Below, piece after piece: positions 59,970 through 64,000 of a stretch of DNA of 64,000 nucleotides (position 1 is the stretch's first letter; each line of letters opens with the position of its first letter). This DNA is from Amphiscolops sp. MND2022 (taxonomy: Eukaryota). Position numbers and translations under genes: made by a program. The stretch is from positions 50,284,001 to 50,348,000 of the forward strand of contig OZ076413.1 in the NCBI GenBank assembly GCA_964187785.1. Reading direction: 5' to 3'. Below the pieces are notes generated by a model, which saw only the letters and a list, made by a program, of their open reading frames with translations, ran no database searches and was not told the origin of the DNA.

Positions 59970-62746
59970 TCAACGCACCTGCTCGGCGGCCAACATCAGA
60001 TGAATCGAGATCAACGTTCGCCCCTGCGGATGGAACGTGGTAGGCTCCAGGCACGTTTGGACTTGTTTTGCTCCACATGTAACTATCAGTGGGGTATGAA
60101 ACGCTGGAGGTTCTGCCGGGTGCAGCATTAACACACGGTCATCCTCTAGGGGTACGGTGTGGGCGGCAACACCAGCGGATTCTACCTCAGCCCATCGATT
60201 GTAGGCCAATTCATCATTAGGCTTCGGGGCATAAGAATGCTCACCGCATGGGACATCCACGTGATCATAGACTCCACAGTGCGTACACTGATGAATGCCT
60301 GGATAATTCTCCAACACGCCATCAGTCACGTCTTCAGCAGTGACTTTCACACCTTCTGGCTCGGGGGCTGCCACTGGTTTGCGAGCCTGGTCGCGTGTGG
60401 GACAGTCCCGGGCAAAATGCCCAGTTTGACCACAATTGAAGCATGCGCCAACAGGTAGGCGTGCCGCGGGCTGCACAGCCGCCTGATTTGGCGGGGCATT
60501 GCTCGCAGGTGGGGGAGGCATTACTCTTTGAGGCAGCACCATTTTTTGGGGGGTAGTGGTGCGAAAGGATGAGGTCTAGACCTCATCGCTAATCTGGGGT
60601 CATAGGGTTGAGGGAATTGGTTGGGTTTAGGACGATTGCGCTGCAATTGGCGGGTGGTGAAGCGAAGATATTCCACCGTGGGTGGTTCGGTCAGGAAGAC
60701 TTCTGAGGCATACACTATAGCAAGCTCCCGCCTCAACGCTGGGTCTCGCAAGCCTTCCATAAAGCGCTGCAGGATTTCGTAGCGCTTGGTAGTGATTGCC
60801 TTTTGCGGGAATCCTTGACTTCTAAGACCCTCTAGAGCGTCTAGATACTGCATCCAGTCTTCTTTCTCGTGTTGAATGCGGCTCTGGAAGGCTTGTCGTA
60901 CATGCATACGATTTCCTCCAGCGCCAAAGCGGCTAGATAGCAATTCAAACACCTTCTCGGGTGTATCACGTTCGGATTCTGCTTTATTAATGATGTAATT
61001 GCGAGCTTCACCTTCAAGGTGACCAATGATGCTCCAGGCCTGGTCCTCGGCCGAGACCTTGGTTTGCGTTCTCTTCAAGTATCTCTGCATAATAAGGATC
61101 CACCCATCAATAGATCCGTCTTTTGAGCCGCGATACACATTGGGTCTCGCCTGAGCCAAGTCTCTACCTGCGAGCAAAAGCGCTAACTCTTTTGACATCG
61201 CCTTTGATATGGCAGCCGTGAATCTCAGCTGCTCAGGGGATATGGCTTCTCCTTCTTCGACCTTAGCCTCCCCCTCACGTGTCCTGTCATAACTACCAAG
61301 AGTGGCTTGTATTGACAGGTCAGCGATCTCATCCTTCTTGCGAGTGCTGCTAGCACAGGGAGTGCCCGAGGGCAGTCCATGATCGGCTGACAAGTCTGCG
61401 GTCAAGTATAAGGAGTCTGGTCCTGACATCGAAATAGGGGCTGTTGCGAACGTTGCTCCCTCGGTTTGAGAACCTAGGGTTGCCTTAGTGTTGGATAAGT
61501 CAACTTCAACCGAAGAATCATGGTAGATTGTTGACATCGGATCCACGCCTTGATCACGAGTGGTGCCCTGGGCTGCGGAGGGCATTGATGATTCTGCTGA
61601 GTCATGATGTCCTCTCATCTGCACTCGTGCAGGCTTGCGCTCCGCGTCGGGCGTGGCTAGTACCAAATTTCCGATTTCTCCTCCATCTTTTCGGGTCGCC
61701 GGCACCGCCAGCCTGGAAGTGCTAGGCTTCAACGCAGTTGGCAGTTCCGGTTTCACTACTTGGCTCGGGTATGTCGATTCCGAGACACGGACTGGGCCTC
61801 CATTCCGCACATCTCCACTTCCACTGGGCTGCCGCGGGAGTGACCTCTCGCGCCTCATAATATCAATGGCATTGAGCACTGTATGCATCTGGTTGCTTAA
61901 ATCATTGATCTGCGTCTCCACGCGCAACTCGCGAGCCATCAACATGTCATTCATCTCTCCCATCCGGTGACCTAATGTGTCCACTCGAGCATTTTGCACG
62001 TTCTGCGCAGTACGCAATTGATCACTGACTTGCAGGCCCTCACGCATTGTCGTCTGCATCACTTTAATATTTTTCACGATGGCGAGGTGTTGCTCGTTGC
62101 ACTCAGCACGAGTGCTGGCCAGACCTGCTAAAGCCCGTTGGGTTTCGGCTTGGGCATCCAGTAACGCTGCCTTGTACACCGAAGACCGTTGCGACGAGGC
62201 CAATGAACCCGTCATACTCCTAACGCGGGACGCCTCCTGACGACGCTCGCCTGCATTCAGCATGGGTGGTCGCACCTTCTTGTGCTTTCCGTAGGCACAG
62301 ACCCGAGTAGGTCCTCGAGTGGTCCCGAGTCCTCGCGGTCTCGCGTAACCCATATCTCCCACATAGGTGAGGCCCTGCTCCATGTCGGTCTGTGAGCCAG
62401 GTTGTGCCTCTTCAGCTGGGGGTGCGCGCGAGCACCCTTCCTCAGCCACAAATTCATTGGTTGCATTCGAATTGGGCCAGCCCTCCTCCACTTCATTGGT
62501 TCTATCGCGGCAGGTTTCGTCAACCCACTGCTCGGTTCGACGCGAATTCTCGGAACCACTCAAATTCTCGGAGGGGGGAACCATAGCGGCCAACTCCTCC
62601 TTTCGTTGTAGTTCAATAGTGACCTCATCAGACATGTCGTCTGAAAAACGCGAACTATCCACCGTGACCCACGATTGTGAACATGTATTGGGCACCGCAA
62701 TCAGTTCGGTGGCCAATACACTTATTATTAGCGATCGAGCAACCAC
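59970..62746 (-). pseudogene. gag: Gypsy gag with coiled coil, capsid domain and CCHC knuckle
   Basis: 741-aa ORF (HLEGEA, FQSRIQ, RFMEGL) frameshifted at ~60540 into CFNCGQTGHFARDC. Confidence 0.9.
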
Positions 62747-64000
62747 TCACGTTTACTCGGAGGACTCAAATTAGGTTGCCGAAAGCACCAGGGTCTTCAA
62801 TTCGAGACTGATCCCTTGGTCGTCTCGGTGAACACTTAAGAAAAATAATGTTATTCAATGTCCAAGATTTTCCGAAATGTGTTCTGGGGCTCGTAAGCTG
62901 TGTAAATTTGCAGAGCGCTTTCACACAAGCACGCTGGGCCAGAAAATCAGCCTGGTTTGGGGCAAAAGATCTCCAGTCGCTCACAGGAAGGATTTCAAAG
63001 AAATTTTGGATTTTCCAAAAATCGCGCTACAACACTCCAGAGGCTCGTGTGTGCGCTGGAAGCGCTGTATCAAGCCCAAAATTTACCAGCAGATCTTAGG
63101 TACACGTAGGTTTACGAAATAGAAGACAGTTTTGAGCTGCGCCCCTTCTACACAGTTTCACCTAGGTACAGACGTGCGGTACCACTATGTACCGAAACAC
63201 ACTGTTTTTCACGTCTTTTTCAAGATTGCGGTCCACTGGAAAGAGCTAGCAAGCTCAAATTCTCTACAGCAACGTAGGAACTAGCAAAGGTCACGATGAT
63301 GGGCTGCAATATAGCCCCAACTGTCGGCTAAGGTGCCCGGGTTACTCGGAAAAATTAAGAAAAAACTACCTTTTTGCGCACCTTTTTGGGTGCCACGTTT
63401 TTCCTATTTTCTCAACAAGTATCACACGGATTGGCACCAAACTTGGTAGTTTATGCCAGTGGGCACCTACAATGCCACTGATTTGGTCGAATTGAAGCGC
63501 GAGCGCTTATTTGGGGTTTCGACCTACTACGTACGTTGTACACAAAAAATTACTGTTTTTGACGACTTTTTTCACAAATTGACCAAGAGGATCACCTCAG
63601 AAAGTGATACGGCGGGCAAAATGGGACCAACGTGTTGCCCCACTATCCGTAGCACTGGGATAATCCCTCAATTAGTTGTGCCTGTTAGGTATAAGGCACT
63701 GACAGTCCTGCAGTTTTGGATTTTTTCGGTCCTTTTACGCTGCTCTGAAGTCGAAACGTCAGAGAGCTTTTCTCGACTTTGGTGAGCGATACGCTCGCCA
63801 AATTTTGGGCACTAACGTTAATTTTTGTGGTAATTACGAAAATGCAAACACTTTTTGGCTAGGGTTCAGGAATCGATGACCCGACCCTAGCTCAGAGACA
63901 GTCCGGTTTAGTGGAAAATTGATTGAATTCAGTGCGTTTTTCCACTTTTCTCAGCACTGAATGGGAATTTTTACACGCGGTTTTCACCACCACGCGTCGT

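Larger units (their letters stand above)
47457..64000 (-). mobile_element. Ty3/Gypsy LTR retrotransposon 2 with extended pol and extra ORF (5' LTR probably beyond window)
   Basis: gag-PR-RT-RH-IN on the minus strand, followed by co-oriented GC-rich ORFs. Candidate terminus TGTAACG at 47457. Both boundaries are inferred. Confidence 0.85.

Noticed and set aside
48972..62774. Many plus-strand ORFs opposite the Gypsy 2 genes
   Set aside because: Shadow ORFs of GC-rich coding sequence with no motifs or splice-consistent structure.
63200..64000. 5' LTR/PBS of Gypsy 2
   Set aside because: No direct copy of the 47457 terminus was found, so the LTR boundaries cannot be called within the window.

Overview
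This is repeat-dense eukaryotic DNA that looks animal-like (short GT-AG introns, TTAGGG repeat); no intact host gene can be supported. From left to right it contains five major elements. (1) A minus-strand Ty3/Gypsy retrotransposon (gag-pol ~4118-10898, probable 5' LTR 10351-11468), facing a plus-strand 4-exon gene (<3-3884) that encodes a zinc-finger protein resembling a catalytically dead hAT transposase and is probably antisense cargo of the element. (2) A decayed Ty1/Copia element with two LTRs (~14440-19510), followed by small non-autonomous repeats. (3) A complete 18.1-kb Polinton/Maverick (adintovirus-like endogenous virus, 23663-41737) with AGTAGT-type TIRs and a 6-bp TSD GCAGTT. It encodes pPolB, packaging ATPase, integrase, major and minor capsid, an adenain-like protease and a basic core protein, plus accessory genes including a DSGYDS degron-mimic peptide, apparent spliceosomal introns and a hairpin cluster. 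(4) A 5'-truncated CRE-like non-LTR element, followed by two MITEs. (5) A second, >16-kb Gypsy element (47457->62746) whose pol has an AT-hook plus TARG1/DarG-like macrodomain extension and which carries an extra ~1400-codon ORF with an SGNH-like domain. Most ORFs carry stops or frameshifts; those in homopolymers could be sequencing errors. All domain calls are by-eye motif recognition, not database searches.
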